64,000 bases of DNA, from positions 1 to 64,000 of IMG/VR virus record IMGVR_UViG_3300032229_000533, one strand, 5' to 3'. The position numbers and the translations under genes were made by a program. Origin of the DNA: a virus. Below the pieces are notes generated by a model. The model had not been told where the DNA came from. It was given only the letters and a program-made list of their open reading frames with translations, and did not search any database. Shown here piece after piece: positions 48,928 to 56,718 of this stretch. How positions within the stretch are numbered: position 1 is the first letter of the stretch; every line of letters starts with the position of its first letter.

Positions 48928-49657
48928 GAAAAAATTCGACCCCAAACCCAACATTCACTGTTAGCTTTTCTCCTGACGGGGCCATAATTGTTTTAGTCAT
49001 ATCCAATCTTGGTTCATTTTCATTCATGAAACTTCTAATAAATTTTGAATCCGCGATTGGCATTGATTCAACAAATTTTGCAATAACCGCTTTATCGGTT
49101 GAACCGTCAACCTCAATAATTTCTTTTTGCATTCTCCAAGTAATTTTTGGAACAACTCTTCCTTGGGGGTATGTATCAGCCATTTTACTAATCTCCAAAA
49201 TTTCACCATAAGTTAATGGTTTAAGTTTGATTGTTGATTGTGTCTTTGGTAAATTAATAATAAAACTTCCATCTTCATTTGGTTGTTGACCATTAATAAT
49301 TGATAATTGGTCTAACATAACATTTGTTTGGAACTGTTTTTTAGTTCCAGGGTCAGTAAGGTTTAACGTCATTTCAGGTCCAAATCCTGTGTTTCTTAAG
49401 AAAATTAAGATAGCTTCAACATCTCCTTCAATAAGGTCTTCAACCCTCATATCTGGTTCATATATTTTTGCTCTTAACAAATTAAGTGTTAAATCACTTC
49501 CACCTGCCATTATAATATTTTCATCCGCGGCAGTTAAATAACCAACCTTAATTGATTTTTTTCTGTTTTTGTAAAAAATACCTTGGGATGGTAATGGTAC
49601 CACATCGTGTGGTAATGTAAAATTTTGTTGACCGTAGTCGATTGTTTGATTGTCCAT
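48914..49657 (-). CDS. Tail/baseplate assembly chaperone (T4 gp26-like), 247 aa
   Basis: VPLPSQGIFY...LTAADENI...DLIEGDVEAILIFLR; located between tube and tape measure. Confidence 0.78.
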   Translation of the reverse strand: MDNQTIDYGQQNFTLPHDVVPLPSQGIFYKNRKKSIKVGYLTAADENIIMAGGSDLTLNLLRAKIYEPDMRVEDLIEGDVEAILIFLRNTGFGPEMTLNLTDPGTKKQFQTNVMLDQLSIINGQQPNEDGSFIINLPKTQSTIKLKPLTYGEILEISKMADTYPQGRVVPKITWRMQKEIIEVDGSTDKAVIAKFVESMPIADSKFIRSFMNENEPRLDMTKTIMAPSGEKLTVNVGFGVEFFRPFF

Positions 49658-49659
49658 AT

Positions 49660-49697
49660 AAAAAAATTAACCGTAAAGTTTATTGCTCTACGGTTAA
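49660..49697 (-). terminator. Intrinsic terminator after the tail tube gene
   Basis: 12-bp stem with one G-U pair (minus-strand RNA) plus U7, ending 2 nt before the chaperone ATG. Confidence 0.75.
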
Positions 49698-49729
49698 ATA
49701 TAATTAGATTTAAAAATTCGTAAATAGTA

Positions 49730-50218
49730 TTAGTAAACTAACACACATCTGTCCATTCTTAATGTTGCAGATATTGTTGCTAGTCCATCAGTATTGTAAG
49801 CCAATGAATCAAAGTTAACGTCTGTTAAGAATGTTCCATAAAGAATCCATTTCTCAACAACAACTCCTGTTGGGTCCAACATTTCAAGGTCAATGTCTTT
49901 TTTGTAACCCGCAGCATAACCCATACGACCTGTCACTGATTCAGCGTGTAAACGAACCCACTCCATAAGAGCCTGAGCCGCTGAAGGTCCAATAGGGTCA
50001 CGGAATTTAACTGGAATTGTTTGCCAGTTGAATCTACCTGCAACATATGTTGAGGTGTTTAAGAATGGTATTTCCGTTGCAGCAATTGTGATGTGTGGTC
50101 TAGCCGTTGACTCAACAAACCATTCGTTTATACCCAAACTTGATGGAAACCTTAGGATAAAACGATTTTGACGTTTAGGTTCGTAAGGTATCGGCATTTT
50201 CATTAATAAATCAGCCAT
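49730..50218 (-). CDS. Tail tube protein (T4 gp19-like), 162 aa
   Basis: EPKRQNRF...ARPHIT...GRFNWQTIPVKFRD...YKKDIDLEMLDPTGVVVEKWILYG...SATLRMD. Confidence 0.92.
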   Translation of the reverse strand: MADLLMKMPIPYEPKRQNRFILRFPSSLGINEWFVESTARPHITIAATEIPFLNTSTYVAGRFNWQTIPVKFRDPIGPSAAQALMEWVRLHAESVTGRMGYAAGYKKDIDLEMLDPTGVVVEKWILYGTFLTDVNFDSLAYNTDGLATISATLRMDRCVLVY

Positions 50219-50258
50219 GTTATTTTAATTTTTTTTAGTTTCTTTTTTGTTTATAACT

Positions 50259-50265
50259 ATAAATA
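50259..50265 (-). promoter_or_regulatory. Putative late promoter TATTTAT
   Basis: 40 nt upstream of the tube ATG; context GACTATATTTA resembles the GACTATATTTG host-type element. Confidence 0.55.
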
Positions 50266-50317
50266 TAGTCTTGTTAAAAAATTTTTCTCTTTACTTTTAA
50301 TTTGGTGAGATTATTCT

Positions 50318-51145
50318 TTATTTATATTCCTTTTTAATGCCTCCAGCAGTAGAATAAGTCTTAACTATATTATCTGGTTTATCTTTAAAATGTTTACTCA
50401 TTACTTCTACATTTCTTATATCATCGTCTGAAAATCCTATACTAGGTTCCATTGGTATAAAGTTATTAGATATATCGTTTTTGATATATGCCTTTTTATT
50501 AAGTATACCTGCCATTCCTTTTATATAAGAAACAAAATCTTCCATTGCTCTAACTTTTAGTTCTTCAGGGTTGGCAGCACTTCCTTCACCAAAAGTAACT
50601 GGATGATATTTGTTAAGTTCTAAATATGATTTAATTAAATCGTCATCACTCATGTCTTCCTCGTCTACAAACGTCCTGTATTTTTTAAGGTTCTTAACTA
50701 GTTGGTCTTTATCTATACCATTATACCCACTAACAATATAATTGTAAACCGCTTGTTTTAATGTATTAGGGTTGTGACCTCTTGCAGTAATGATTGAAAA
50801 AATTGAACCGTTGTTAATAGCTTCTCTAAAATCTCCAAATGCAGGACCTTCTTTAGCCCTCATTGCATCAATTAAAAAATCTTTATCTCCTGCGGTTTTA
50901 AAGTTTCTAAAAGGTTCTTCCGCAAAACCAACAATGGTTTCACCTTTATATTGAAAAGGTTTTTTACCCAAATCATGTCTGTGTTCAGCAAAGTCATCAG
51001 TACTCATACCAATTTCTTCACCATCTTCACTCTTTACCATAATTTTTGTTGGCATATGAACAATATTGTCATCCCAATCAAAAGCATAGTATTTCATGTC
51101 TGGAGTTCCCTCTCCTTTAAATCCTTCTTTAAGTTGTCTTTTCAT
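50318..51145 (-). CDS. HAD-superfamily phosphatase-like protein, 275 aa
   Basis: Motif I FDWDDNI, motif II IITARG, a motif III Lys, and motif IV FSDDD. Confidence 0.75.
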   Translation of the reverse strand: MKRQLKEGFKGEGTPDMKYYAFDWDDNIVHMPTKIMVKSEDGEEIGMSTDDFAEHRHDLGKKPFQYKGETIVGFAEEPFRNFKTAGDKDFLIDAMRAKEGPAFGDFREAINNGSIFSIITARGHNPNTLKQAVYNYIVSGYNGIDKDQLVKNLKKYRTFVDEEDMSDDDLIKSYLELNKYHPVTFGEGSAANPEELKVRAMEDFVSYIKGMAGILNKKAYIKNDISNNFIPMEPSIGFSDDDIRNVEVMSKHFKDKPDNIVKTYSTAGGIKKEYK

Positions 51146-51160
51146 ACTTTGGCAATTAAA

Positions 51161-51180
51161 GGGGATACCGAAGTACCCCC
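51161..51180 (-). terminator. C(UUCG)G tetraloop terminator after the sheath gene
   Basis: GGGGGTAC-TTCG-GTATCCCC-TTT. Confidence 0.82.
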
Positions 51181-51190
51181 GTTAAATTTA

Positions 51191-54100
51191 TTAGATATTT
51201 TCAAACGAAGCTCCTGTTGGAGTGATGAAGAACTCAATGTCAATGAATTCTAATGCTTTCGTTGGTTTTAAGTAGATTTTACCTACAAGTCTGTTAGCAT
51301 CTAAATCTTCAGGTGTTGAAGATACAGTTACACGGAAATCGTATAAACCTCTATCTCTTCTGATTGAATCTAAGATAGGATTAACACTATCCAAGAACTG
51401 TTGTCTAACAACTTGGTCGTTTTGTTCAAACAATAATCTAACCGCTACCGCTGAAATTAATTTACGAGCTTGAAGTAATAATCTTCTTACATTTAATCTG
51501 TTAAGTGCTGTGTCAGCAACCTGTAGAGTTTTGTTACCCCAAATTACAGTTCCAACATCAGAGAAAGTTGCGATAGGGTTGATTCTACCTTGATACAATG
51601 TATCTCTGTCAGTTTGTGTAAGTTTTTGTCTAGCTTTGATTGAGTTTACAAGACCTCTTGTGTAACCCGCTGATGCGAACCAAGGGAATGAAATGTTATC
51701 AGTTAATGCTAAGTTTCTACAAACCTCACCTGTTGGTGGTAAGTAAATTTGAGTATTATTTACTGTATCTCTTGTTAAAATCCAAGGGTAATAAGTTGCG
51801 GTATAGTTAGAATCAATTCCTGTGTTATCCAAGTTATCAACCGCTTCTTGTGAGTAAATGATATCTTGTGGGTTAGTTGAGTCTGGTGTATACATTTGAT
51901 AGTCAGGAGTTGTACAGATATAAACTGAGTCAGCTCTTGAGAATTGTACCATGTCAATTGCTTCTTCTACTAAGTTTGAGTTATTAACATAATCAATCGC
52001 AGTTGTTGCAAAAACGTTAATGTTTGTAGATTCGGGGTTAGCAAAGGTCAAGATACCAAGTAAGTACGCGTAGTAGTCAGTATTTGCAAAGTCTTGTGTG
52101 TTATTTTGAATTACAATTCTTTTAAACAAACCGTCACCTGTTGCGGTTGGGTATCTTGAAGATGCTGAAGCACCTGCCAAATAACCCGAAGCACCTAATT
52201 GGAATCTATCTTGGTTAGTTCTCCACTCTCTATAAATGTCCCATCCGTCAAATCCACCTGCAAAACATACTGTATATTTTCTTGAGTAGATAAAGTAGTA
52301 TGGGTTATCTTGAGTTCCAGGGTCTTCTCTGAATTCAGCAACACCACATTCAAATGCGGTTTGACCACTGTCAACCGAAAGATTACCAATTGTAACAACA
52401 GTTGCTCCTGAGTCCATGTGGAACCCTTTACTTAATACATTCCAAGGTTGAGCAACCGCTAAAGGATTTGAAATCCAATTTGATGGAGTTTTTTTACCTT
52501 TATATGTTAAGAAAGATTCGTCAATACCAAATTCACTTGAAAACCCTAAATAACTTCTTCTAACAATATCTCCCGCAGACTCAATAGAATTTGAACCTCC
52601 TGTTGGTGTACCAAATGGTGGGTTAGCAATAACTTCACCAGGAAAATAATATTTTGTTTTAAATTTAGGATATGGTGATGGGTAAAGAGTGTAATCATCA
52701 TATTCTCTTTGAGTATAACCATAAAAACCACAAGGTAATGCATCTATTGGTGCCTCGTCAGCCATTTCAACCATAATATATTTTGAAATTAATGCAAACT
52801 CACCGTTAGATGAACCTATTTTTTTAGCCACAAAATTATTTGTTGCTGGGTCCATATTACAATTTGTGAATTTTTCAATTACAACAGGGTTTGCGTCAGT
52901 ATCAAAGAAATTTCTAACTAATACATCAAATGACATATTATTATAGGATAAGTTAGCAATAGACACTTTAATTTCAGTATTCGCCGAATCACCATCAGAT
53001 ATTGAAATAAATTTGAATAATTTGTAAACTTTATTACCTCTTAATTCTGAAACTAAATAAGGTGTTTCTGGTGATTGATATTGTTCTAAGTTATAAGCGA
53101 TTGATGAGCTACTTTCACTTCTAGCGTCAGGTAACGCAATTAAATCACATGATAATCCACGAATATAACCTTGATTGTAAGCATAATTTAAAGATGCTTG
53201 ATACGATTCTTCAACATAAATCGGAACCTCAAATCTTGATTTACCAAAATTATCAACACCAAATACTTTAGTAATATATTTTGCCGATGATGCTAATAAT
53301 GAAGTTTCAAATGAGAATGTATTTGATTCTCTTGTCACTCCTGATAATAAGAAAGTTGCGTAAGGTGATTTTGTAATACCCGAATATTGACCAGTGCATA
53401 CTAATTGTAAATCTGTAAGACCACTTACTTGATAAACAGGACCGTGGTTTTCACTAGCACTACTATTATCAAAAAGAGAAATTCCTCTAGAACGAATAGT
53501 TCCGACAACCATGTTGTTAAATTCTGAAAACGCAGTACCAGTAAAGGTATATGAATTACCAACAACAGTTCCTGTAAATGCACCAGATGCACCTGAAACT
53601 AAATTAGAAACAGTATAATAGAATGAATAACCTGTATAATTACCCGTTAATGAGTTATTGTTTTCAAATTCAAAGTTAGCATAATACCAAGAATCGTTAG
53701 CACCTTCAGTTAATTCGTTTTGTGTAAAATTATTTTCACACCCATATGGACTATAATCTGTAGTGTATGTCCCAACTAAAATTTGGTAATCAGTTTCGGG
53801 TATTGCACCATAAATAACCGCAGTTGTTGCTGATGTTGATGGGATATCAATAATATTACCTAAGTAAGTATTAAAATCATCTTGTAATGTTGATGTTGTA
53901 CCGTCTTGTAATCTATATTGTACATTTAAATTCGTTTGAACCTCAACAGGAAGTTGAGAAAGGTTTGTAAATGTAACAGTATTACCTGTTGAAGTACCTG
54001 TAAATGTTGCAGTAAATGATACACCAACAGATGGATTACCAATAGTTGTTGGGTCTACGTTGGCAGTAACATTAAGAGACCATGATGGACCCGCGTCATA

Positions 54101-54412
54101 ACCTGATAAACCTAAAACTCTGGTAACAAACAATTGGTTAGATTGTTGTAAATATGATTTAGCGATATAAGCAGCTTCATACTTTGGTATTTGAGTGTTG
54201 TAAAACTTAACGGGTTCTGTTCCCCCGAAATAAGCTTGGAACTCATCATAATTGGTTATGAATACTGGTTCGAATGCTGGACCTTTTATAGTTTCTCCAA
54301 CAAGACCTAAAGTCGTTACACCCACACTTTGGGCTACGAAAGATAAGTCGGTTTCAGATGTGTATACGCCTGGTGATACGAATACTTTTTGATTTGCTTG
54401 TGCTGTTGCCAT
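51191..54412 (-). CDS. Contractile tail sheath protein (gp18-like) with large insertions, 1073 aa
   Basis: FVSPGVYTSETDLS...GETIKGPAFEP; C-terminal WFASAGYTRG...INPI...WGNKTL...LNVRRLL...IYLKPTKALEFIDIEF. Confidence 0.96.
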   Translation of the reverse strand: MATAQANQKVFVSPGVYTSETDLSFVAQSVGVTTLGLVGETIKGPAFEPVFITNYDEFQAYFGGTEPVKFYNTQIPKYEAAYIAKSYLQQSNQLFVTRVLGLSGYDAGPSWSLNVTANVDPTTIGNPSVGVSFTATFTGTSTGNTVTFTNLSQLPVEVQTNLNVQYRLQDGTTSTLQDDFNTYLGNIIDIPSTSATTAVIYGAIPETDYQILVGTYTTDYSPYGCENNFTQNELTEGANDSWYYANFEFENNNSLTGNYTGYSFYYTVSNLVSGASGAFTGTVVGNSYTFTGTAFSEFNNMVVGTIRSRGISLFDNSSASENHGPVYQVSGLTDLQLVCTGQYSGITKSPYATFLLSGVTRESNTFSFETSLLASSAKYITKVFGVDNFGKSRFEVPIYVEESYQASLNYAYNQGYIRGLSCDLIALPDARSESSSSIAYNLEQYQSPETPYLVSELRGNKVYKLFKFISISDGDSANTEIKVSIANLSYNNMSFDVLVRNFFDTDANPVVIEKFTNCNMDPATNNFVAKKIGSSNGEFALISKYIMVEMADEAPIDALPCGFYGYTQREYDDYTLYPSPYPKFKTKYYFPGEVIANPPFGTPTGGSNSIESAGDIVRRSYLGFSSEFGIDESFLTYKGKKTPSNWISNPLAVAQPWNVLSKGFHMDSGATVVTIGNLSVDSGQTAFECGVAEFREDPGTQDNPYYFIYSRKYTVCFAGGFDGWDIYREWRTNQDRFQLGASGYLAGASASSRYPTATGDGLFKRIVIQNNTQDFANTDYYAYLLGILTFANPESTNINVFATTAIDYVNNSNLVEEAIDMVQFSRADSVYICTTPDYQMYTPDSTNPQDIIYSQEAVDNLDNTGIDSNYTATYYPWILTRDTVNNTQIYLPPTGEVCRNLALTDNISFPWFASAGYTRGLVNSIKARQKLTQTDRDTLYQGRINPIATFSDVGTVIWGNKTLQVADTALNRLNVRRLLLQARKLISAVAVRLLFEQNDQVVRQQFLDSVNPILDSIRRDRGLYDFRVTVSSTPEDLDANRLVGKIYLKPTKALEFIDIEFFITPTGASFENI

Positions 54413-54446
54413 TATTAAATTATTCTGTTACAGATTTATTTTATAG

Positions 54447-54453
54447 ATAAATA
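54447..54453 (-). promoter_or_regulatory. Putative late promoter TATTTAT for sheath
   Basis: 34 nt upstream of ATG 54412; divergent from the site at 54491. Confidence 0.55.
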
Positions 54454-54490
54454 TTCATTATTATATGAAAAAACTTTACTTTTAGGTAAG

Positions 54491-54497
54491 TATTTAT
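54491..54497 (+). promoter_or_regulatory. Putative late promoter TATTTAT for the small RHH gene
   Basis: The motif switches to the + strand exactly where a + strand ORF begins. Confidence 0.55.
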
Positions 54498-54501
54498 AAA
54501 C

Positions 54502-54526
54502 GGTAGGAATTAATTCTACCTTTTTT
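54502..54526 (+). terminator. Hairpin plus U6 between the promoter and the RHH start (attenuator-like)
   Basis: GGTAGGA-ATTAA-TTCTACC-TTTTTT, with a G-U pair valid on the + strand RNA. Confidence 0.45.
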
Positions 54527-54532
54527 CTCACC

Positions 54533-54694
54533 ATGAAAACAAAGAAAGAAATCAAGAATATAAAAATATCCCCTGAATCACATGATATACTGAAAAAGTA
54601 CTGTGATAAGAGGGGAATTAAGATTTATAAATTTTTAGAAAATTTAATTATTGAAAAGTGTAAAGAAAAAAAAGATATTTACGGGGAAGATTAA
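54533..54694 (+). CDS. Ribbon-helix-helix-like DNA-binding protein, 53 aa
   Basis: Below the ORF-track cutoff. MKTKKEIKNIKISPESHDILKKYCDKRGIKIYKFLENLIIEKCKEKKDIYGED shows the strand-helix-G-helix pattern. Its stop overlaps the convergent stop of the next gene. Confidence 0.75.
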   Translation: MKTKKEIKNIKISPESHDILKKYCDKRGIKIYKFLENLIIEKCKEKKDIYGED

Positions 54695-55734
54695 ACTAAC
54701 TTATTATCAAAAGTTATTTTAGATTCTTTTGTGATATCAAGTTTTGTTACCTCAATTCTTAAAATGTCATTAGTTGTAATTTGAATAACTGAAACATCAC
54801 TACCATAATAGTCGTCATTAATGTAGACATCATATGTGTCAATATTATCTGTTCCCACAAGAGACATATTTGCTGTAAAGTCAATCATATCAATTAGTGT
54901 TGTATTACCTGAAACAAAAAGAAATTCAGTTGGAAACTCATCAGGGTTTTTTGGAAACTTATTAATTTTTTGTCTTCTTGTTGTAGTGTCTATTTCAAAT
55001 AATTGAGTAATTCTTTGAATTGCAGGTTTAACCTCAAACTCATCTTCATCAATTAGATAACCCAACATTGTAAAATCATAATTCTGAACATAGTACTTTC
55101 TTGCATCCATGGTCATTTGAGATTCGTCTGAAACGTTGTCTAAAATAATTGGAACGTACTGTCCTTTAATAAAGGTATATGCTTGTCTTGATGAGAATGT
55201 TTGCATAACAATTTTATTAAGTTGATTGAGTTCTCTCATTCTATTACAAATGATTTTAACACCATATTTAATATCAACAGGAACAGGTTGAGGTATTGTA
55301 TAAATGTCCATACCTTGTTCATTTCCATTCCAAGTCGGAACGGATGCATAATAAAACTGTTTTCTATTTGGAATTGTATATTGAAGTGATGGGTTTGTAC
55401 CATACTTAACTTCAGGTTGTCTAACTACCGTTATAAATGGTGGAGAAGGATTATAATCCAAATCAACAAATTTCCACGTCTCTAAATATTGTGACCAATT
55501 TTGTGTTGTAATAATAACATCCAACATAGGGACAATTTTACCCGCAGTAACAACTTCAAGTTCTGTTTTAACAAAATCCAACATACCCCTATCCAAATCG
55601 GCATGTAATACTGACTTAGGTAAATAAGTTCCGTCTTCTTTAATATATTCTAAAAGTTGTTCTCTTCTTTCAGATAAAACTTTTTTTGGTACTAAAGGTA
55701 AGGTTGGCTTAACTATGGTTTTAGGTAATGGCAT
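54691..55734 (-). CDS. Tail completion / sheath stabiliser (T4 gp15-like), 347 aa
   Basis: SVLHADLDRGMLDFV...PVPVDIKYGVKII...QLN...RKYYVQNYDFTMLGYL; neck cluster. Confidence 0.68.
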   Translation of the reverse strand: MPLPKTIVKPTLPLVPKKVLSERREQLLEYIKEDGTYLPKSVLHADLDRGMLDFVKTELEVVTAGKIVPMLDVIITTQNWSQYLETWKFVDLDYNPSPPFITVVRQPEVKYGTNPSLQYTIPNRKQFYYASVPTWNGNEQGMDIYTIPQPVPVDIKYGVKIICNRMRELNQLNKIVMQTFSSRQAYTFIKGQYVPIILDNVSDESQMTMDARKYYVQNYDFTMLGYLIDEDEFEVKPAIQRITQLFEIDTTTRRQKINKFPKNPDEFPTEFLFVSGNTTLIDMIDFTANMSLVGTDNIDTYDVYINDDYYGSDVSVIQITTNDILRIEVTKLDITKESKITFDNKLV

Positions 55735-55738
55735 TATT

Positions 55739-56149
55739 TTATTTTACAACAAATAGTTTATTTTTTGCATTTATCATATCAACTTCTTGTGCACGATAAA
55801 CAGGTTCTTCTGTATCCTTAAATACAAATGTATCGTGTTTATATGGATTATATGTTACAACTTTATCTGATGATGGTGATGGCATTTCATCACAAGGATA
55901 TTCACAATAGTCTAATAATTTTCCAATTACAAATGCGTGAACATTTTTTGATTTTTCAGAACGAACCCTCTCTTTACCACCTTTCCTAACTCTAAATTCA
56001 ACATCACCCAATTTAACATAGTCTGCATGCATAATAACTTTATTATCGTAGGTAACAGAAAAAGTATGTTTGTGTAAATTATAATACACCATAACTTTTT
56101 TACCGATAAATAAAGAATCAAATTGTGATTCGGTGATTACAACTTTCAT
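55739..56149 (-). CDS. Conserved phage protein of unknown function, 136 aa
   Basis: VYYNLHKHTFSV...HADYVKLGDVEFRV...GKERVRSEKSKNVHAFVIG...YNPYK. N-terminus MKVVITESQF. Confidence 0.7.
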   Translation of the reverse strand: MKVVITESQFDSLFIGKKVMVYYNLHKHTFSVTYDNKVIMHADYVKLGDVEFRVRKGGKERVRSEKSKNVHAFVIGKLLDYCEYPCDEMPSPSSDKVVTYNPYKHDTFVFKDTEEPVYRAQEVDMINAKNKLFVVK

Positions 56150-56661
56150 TAAATTCCTCTAAATTCGTTTTCACTAACATATGTTGCAACAACCGTTCTA
56201 TAGAATGGTTTGTATCCCGCATATGTATGTTTATTGTCAGACCTTACGTATCCATCATCACTAACAGTATAATATCTAACTCGGTCTTCCGTTTCATAGT
56301 AACCAAGATAATCCCCCATGAATATTTCAACACCCAAGTCATCAAGCTGTTTTTGATAAAGTGAAAATTTCATATTACCTGGCTCTTGTTGTTCAACTTT
56401 AGAATTACCCAATAATTTATTGGTTGGTGCCATAACTTGGACAAGACCTTTTAATTCAACAGGTGCCAAGAATTGTACTCCATCTTCTAAAACTTCACCA
56501 TATACACTATCGGTCTTCGTCTTATATCGGTCAATACGGTATAGAACTACGGTAAAATTCATATCACCTTCTAACCACTCTTGACCCATACTAGTGTCCA
56601 AGGCGTAATCCTCTCCGCCAAAGAACTTACCTAATCTTGTAATTGGAACTAATTTCTGCAT
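56149..56661 (-). CDS. Neck / head-closure protein (T4 gp14-like); start revised to ATG 56661
   Basis: The track start at 56679 is a TTG upstream of the TATTTAT motif (56668-56674); the ATG at 56661 gives MQKLVPITRLGKFFG. Confidence 0.65.
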   Translation of the reverse strand: MQKLVPITRLGKFFGGEDYALDTSMGQEWLEGDMNFTVVLYRIDRYKTKTDSVYGEVLEDGVQFLAPVELKGLVQVMAPTNKLLGNSKVEQQEPGNMKFSLYQKQLDDLGVEIFMGDYLGYYETEDRVRYYTVSDDGYVRSDNKHTYAGYKPFYRTVVATYVSENEFRGI

Positions 56662-56667
56662 ATATTG

Positions 56668-56674
56668 ATAAATA
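56668..56674 (-). promoter_or_regulatory. Putative late promoter TATTTAT
   Basis: 6 nt upstream of ATG 56661. Confidence 0.5.
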
Positions 56675-56718
56675 CTCAAACTTCAACTATATTTAATACA
56701 AACTTTTATTAAAAAAGA

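Noticed and set aside
48885-48934. Canonical -1 frameshift at TTTTTTC (P2-like)
   Set aside because: The -1 frame reaches TAG after about 11 codons; only the +1/-2 frame is long.
9482-56661. Bacterial contractile injection system / tailocin, or a giant eukaryotic virus (polB, class Ia RNR, SNF2)
   Set aside because: Neck proteins, gp32-like SSB, DnaB, RecA and polB together with sheath, tube and baseplate genes indicate a replicating tailed phage.
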